DNA of 63,500 nucleotides, filler included, from It is 5 parts of 5 records of this genome, joined end to end, with 100 filler letters (N's around TTAATTAATTAA, not from the genome) between each part and the next. Parts side by side here need not be neighbours in the genome. Positions count along the whole stretch, not along the records: positions 58,341 to 63,500 come from SRR31156797_6991; 4 more parts are not named here. One strand, 5' to 3'. Shown piece by piece: positions 59,678 to 63,500 of this stretch (position 1 is its first letter; each line of letters starts with the position of its first letter). The notes under the pieces were generated by a model. It saw only the letters and a program-made list of their open reading frames with translations, ran no database searches and was not told where the DNA came from. The position numbers and the translations under genes were made by a program.

Positions 59678-60838
59678 CTACATTTTAGATGCATAAACTA
59701 TCGTAAAAGCCAATACGGCAGCAATAAAACTAAACATAAAAAAATTATATGAATACCGTAGCAGTTTATACTTTTTGGCTAACACTTTACCCAGGTTATA
59801 TTGGTCTTTTATTAAATTTCCATACAAATAATCGTAATCCTTCATCATTTCTTTTACTCCCGACTCGTATTTCTGATAAGGCATTTTAAATATATTCCCA
59901 AAAAACAAAAGGTTTAATTTTTTGTTTTTCAAATCTTCGTCGCGGTAATTTCCATTACCAAATTTTGGGCGAACCGATAAAATGGCAAACACCAGCGAAA
60001 TCAAACATCCAACAATAAGTACCATGCCCGGGATTACAAAGTTGTGCTCGCTTGCTTTTAGTGTTAATGCACTTGTACTCATCAAAACCGATACAATAAC
60101 AGCATTAATCGTAAGCATTATATTGGCTTTGTTATCGGCTATCGAACTTAAATTTATCTGGTTACGCGCAGTTAACCGAAACATGGTTTCAATTCCGCGC
60201 GCAGTACTTTTGCTTGCCGTTTGAACCAAATCTTTTGGCTTATCTGCCGATAGTTTTTTTATTCTTTTCTCCACTTTTTTTACATTTTGAATTCGGACAG
60301 GTTCCAGATTCTCTTTTGCATAAGCGGTCTGAAACTCGATCTCTTTTATAAATCCAAGCGTTTGCTTCCAGTATTCCAGTTTAGAACATCTTCGTTCCAC
60401 AAAATTGCACATCTCCTTGCGTAACAGGTTCGAGACCTCCATAAAGTTTTCCATTCCGGTATGGGCATGGTCGGCATCTCCCAGAATCTGTTCCAACAAT
60501 GATTTTTTTGAAGCCCCAAGTTTTGTGGAACAAATACACTTTTCAACCTCGGCAATAAACTCCTCGTCAATATCCTGCTGACTTAGAAAATTGCGGGCTA
60601 TTTTACAACTTTCTGTTTCGTGGTCTTTTAACGAAACGGCATGCCCAATATCATGAAACCAGGCTGCCACAACGACAATTTCTTTTTCACGACCGGATAA
60701 TTGTTCTGCATCGGCAATTTTTTCCGCCACTTCAGCTACAAGCCGCGTATGTTCAATTGAATGATAAAATAGCAAGGAAGAAACTTTTTCTTCATAGTAT
60801 TTTATGGTATATGCTTTTACTTCATCAATAATATTCAT
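59678..60838 (-). CDS. HD-domain phosphohydrolase fused to Pycsar-effector-family (DUF5706/PycTM-like) transmembrane domain
   Basis: FYHSIEHT, AAWFHDIG, ILGDAD (HD); ADNKANIMLTINAVIVS, second TM, LLFFGN, KKYKLLRYSY + terminal TM (DUF5706). Confidence 0.85.
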   Translation of the reverse strand: MNIIDEVKAYTIKYYEEKVSSLLFYHSIEHTRLVAEVAEKIADAEQLSGREKEIVVVAAWFHDIGHAVSLKDHETESCKIARNFLSQQDIDEEFIAEVEKCICSTKLGASKKSLLEQILGDADHAHTGMENFMEVSNLLRKEMCNFVERRCSKLEYWKQTLGFIKEIEFQTAYAKENLEPVRIQNVKKVEKRIKKLSADKPKDLVQTASKSTARGIETMFRLTARNQINLSSIADNKANIMLTINAVIVSVLMSTSALTLKASEHNFVIPGMVLIVGCLISLVFAILSVRPKFGNGNYRDEDLKNKKLNLLFFGNIFKMPYQKYESGVKEMMKDYDYLYGNLIKDQYNLGKVLAKKYKLLRYSYNFFMFSFIAAVLAFTIVYASKM

Positions 60839-60967
60839 AAAACAAATCTTTTGAAGTTAATCCATATTCTTTGAAAAGAGTTATTGATACAAAGATTAAA
60901 AAACATTGAAAGACCAAAATTTGTTGATGATAAAAATAACTACTTTTGTTTCAAAACCACAATTGAG

Positions 60968-63499
60968 ATGAAAAAATCAATGCGTTACGTAAGTATTCTC
61001 TTTGTATTCGTTTTCCTTTTTTCAGAAGCAAAGTTAACCGCTCAAAACAATATATCAAGGAGTTTATTTCTGGCCGGAAATTTAACGAAGAATAAAACAG
61101 CAGATCAGGAGCAGTTTTTAAACGAACTGACCCAAATCGATCAACCCTGGTCTTTTGTTTTTTTAGGAAATTACACCAATGTAAAATTAGTTGATAACAA
61201 AAGAACGTATTCATTTGCCTGCGAATCTGTTGTTAAACCAGGTACTTCAGTGTTTTTTGCTCCCGGACCAATGGAATGGGGTAAAGATAAAAAACAGACC
61301 AAAAAAGTAGCAAAAGCTTTACACCAAAGGTTTTCCGGGAACGAGGTATATACAACAGACTGGGGCTGCCCCGGACCAACCGAAGTAGAAATTAATGATA
61401 AGCTCACCATACTTTTAATTGACACTTATTGGTGGCTTACCAACCTGGACACCCGCTTTCGAAAATGTGGGATTGAAGAAGAGAAAGATGTTTTTGTGTG
61501 GTTACAAGATGCCTTACGGCGCAACTCCGGCAAAACGATTGTAATTGCCGGGTATCACCCTATTGAATCTTTTGGACGCCATGCCGGAAATATGCCAACT
61601 GTTGCGACAATACTGGGATTTCCATATGCAGCCTATAAAAATTTTATTGGCAACCAGGATGATCTGGTTCATCCGGAATACAAAAACCTTCGTAACCAGC
61701 TTCACTCCCTTTTTAACCAATTTCCAAATGTGATTTATGCTTCGGCGCTGGAAAACAGTTTGCAATACATAAAACACAATAATATTCATCAGGTTATTAG
61801 TGGATCGTTACAAAAACAAAGTTATGTGAATACCCAAAAGCCAGAGTTTGGAAGCAGTGATGCTGGTATTTCGCGACTTGATATTTATGAAAACGGCGAT
61901 GTAGTTTTAAACTTTTTCACAGTTAACAACGGCGCTCAGCAACCTGTTTTTACTCAAAAACTATTTACACAGAAAGTAGTAACCCAGCATGATATTCTTG
62001 CGAAACGAGAAGAACTTTTTACTGATTCAACACATATCCGGTATGCCAGTAAACACTACCTGGCCGGTAAAGGATATAAAAAGTGGATGGGAGAAAATTA
62101 CCGGGAAGTTTGGGCTACACCGGTTGAAGCTCGTGTTTTCGACATCACCAAAGAACGCGGGGGAATGACAATTTTAAAACGCGGAGGTGGTCAACAAACC
62201 AAATCGGTACGACTTGAAACAAGCAATAAGAAACAATATGTTTTGCGGTCGCTTGAAAAATATGCCGAAGGTGCAATGCCCGAAGAAATGAAAAAGACCT
62301 TTGCCAAGGACATTGTACAAGACCAGATCTCAGCTTCGAATCCATACAGTGCATTACCGGCAGCAGTTTTGGCAGAATATGCCGGGGTATTTCACACCAA
62401 TCCCGAGATTGTATTTGTTCCGCAAGATCCGCTTTTTGAACAATATAAAGAAGATATGCGTAGCGGATTGTTTTTGTACGAAGAGCGTCCGGCAAAAAAT
62501 AGAAGCGATGTTCGAAGTTTTGGTTACTCGAAAGATATAGTAAACACCGAAGAAGTAATTGAAAAAACCATAAAAAGTGAGGATTTTCAGATAGATCAGC
62601 ACGCTGTTCTTCGTGCCAGGCTTTTAGACATTTACATAAACGATTGGGACCGTCACGACGATCAATGGCGTTGGGCATCGTTTAAAGAAGATGGAAAAAC
62701 AATTTACAAACCAATCCCGCGCGATCGCGACCAAACCTTTTTTGTAAACCAGGGAATATTACCCGGAATTGCAGCTTTGCCTTTTGCCATGCCTAAGATT
62801 CAGAATTTCCAATCCCGAACAAAGTACATTATTGGGCTGGGATTTAACGCCCGTTATTTCGATCGTTCGTTTTTAACTCAGATGGATTGGAACGACTGGG
62901 AAAATACCACCAACGATTTAATGCAACGAATGACAGACGACGCAATTAAAGAAGCCGTATCTACATTCCCGAAGGAAGTAGAACCAATGGTTGCCGATTC
63001 AACAGCAAAAATCCTTCTGGCGCGTCGCAAGTACATGAATGAAATGGCTCGCGAATACTACCTCTACCTTTCAAAACGGGTAAACATTGTGGGTACTGAT
63101 CGTAAGGATCTTTTTGAAATAAAACGCTTAAATAATGATGACACCGAAGTAAGTGTTTATCACATAAAAAAGAACAACAGCAAAGGTAAGCTCATTTATA
63201 ACCGTACTTTAAAAACCAATGAAACCAAAGAAATTGTGTGTTATGGTTTACAGGAAGAAGATCGTTTTGAGATCTCAGGCAAAGTAAAAAAAGGGCCAAT
63301 TGTTCGGATTGTAAGTGGGCAAGACAAAGATGTGGTAGTTGACAGCTCGAGTGTTAGTGGACTTCGAAAAATGAATAGGGTGTACGATATTAAAAAAAGT
63401 ACTGAGATTAAAGGAGGTAAAGAAACCCGCGCTTACCTTACCAACAATAAGATTATTCATGAATACGACCGAAAATACTTTTTACGCGATGTGGGAATG
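60968..63499 (+). CDS. Large exported protein: degenerate metallophosphoesterase domain + kinase-like domain (family usually ends in a BamA/TamA-type barrel); 3' end runs off the window
   Basis: Absent from the ORF track; hand translation from ATG 60968 with signal peptide MKKSMRYVSILFVFVFLFSEA. Motifs GCPGP, IDTYWW, GENYREVW, GGGQQTKSVRL, RARLLDIYINDWDRHDDQWRW, PIPRDRDQ; still in frame at the window end (about 844 codons). Confidence 0.82.
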   Translation, partial: MKKSMRYVSILFVFVFLFSEAKLTAQNNISRSLFLAGNLTKNKTADQEQFLNELTQIDQPWSFVFLGNYTNVKLVDNKRTYSFACESVVKPGTSVFFAPGPMEWGKDKKQTKKVAKALHQRFSGNEVYTTDWGCPGPTEVEINDKLTILLIDTYWWLTNLDTRFRKCGIEEEKDVFVWLQDALRRNSGKTIVIAGYHPIESFGRHAGNMPTVATILGFPYAAYKNFIGNQDDLVHPEYKNLRNQLHSLFNQFPNVIYASALENSLQYIKHNNIHQVISGSLQKQSYVNTQKPEFGSSDAGISRLDIYENGDVVLNFFTVNNGAQQPVFTQKLFTQKVVTQHDILAKREELFTDSTHIRYASKHYLAGKGYKKWMGENYREVWATPVEARVFDITKERGGMTILKRGGGQQTKSVRLETSNKKQYVLRSLEKYAEGAMPEEMKKTFAKDIVQDQISASNPYSALPAAVLAEYAGVFHTNPEIVFVPQDPLFEQYKEDMRSGLFLYEERPAKNRSDVRSFGYSKDIVNTEEVIEKTIKSEDFQIDQHAVLRARLLDIYINDWDRHDDQWRWASFKEDGKTIYKPIPRDRDQTFFVNQGILPGIAALPFAMPKIQNFQSRTKYIIGLGFNARYFDRSFLTQMDWNDWENTTNDLMQRMTDDAIKEAVSTFPKEVEPMVADSTAKILLARRKYMNEMAREYYLYLSKRVNIVGTDRKDLFEIKRLNNDDTEVSVYHIKKNNSKGKLIYNRTLKTNETKEIVCYGLQEEDRFEISGKVKKGPIVRIVSGQDKDVVVDSSSVSGLRKMNRVYDIKKSTEIKGGKETRAYLTNNKIIHEYDRKYFLRDVGM

Positions 63500-63500
63500 C

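Overview
The window is not one locus. It is five unrelated contigs joined by 100-bp artificial linkers (44 N + TTAATTAATTAA + 44 N), so no synteny can be inferred across linkers. Taxonomic guesses below rest on composition and gene content only. (1) 1-26223, very AT-rich, Arcobacteraceae/Campylobacterota-like: one minus-strand type I secretion locus. It encodes a >5200-aa RTX giant protein (5' truncated), a TPR-glycosyltransferase, an LssB/LapB-type ABC exporter, HlyD, a stand-alone Cache sensor, a SiiB/MotA-like and SiiA/MotB-like pair, and a TolC with a C-terminal SPOR-like extension. (2) 26324-46781, FCB-group/Marinimicrobia-like housekeeping DNA: dsbD, two tRNA-Gly genes, an aminotransferase, typA, an lptD-prmA envelope operon with PorV-like barrels, a hybrid histidine kinase and dacB. 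(3) 46882-52612: a CotH kinase / VTC polyphosphate polymerase / DUF4956 / HlyD cluster with a decayed second cotH copy, plus a ferredoxin-nitroreductase. (4) 52713-58240, GC-rich, Planctomycetota-like: an ECF sigma factor, a multi-domain Ser/Thr kinase, and a RAYT fragment with REP-like repeats. (5) 58341-63500, Bacteroidales-like: the 3' end of pyruvate kinase, a membrane class III cyclase co-oriented with an HD + Pycsar-effector (DUF5706) fusion, and a divergent exported pseudo-phosphoesterase/kinase-like protein. Best candidates for under-described systems: the SPI-4-like SiiAB-T1SS with extra sensor, glycosylation and SPOR modules; the cyclase + HD-PycTM locus; and the CotH-VTC-DUF4956 cluster.
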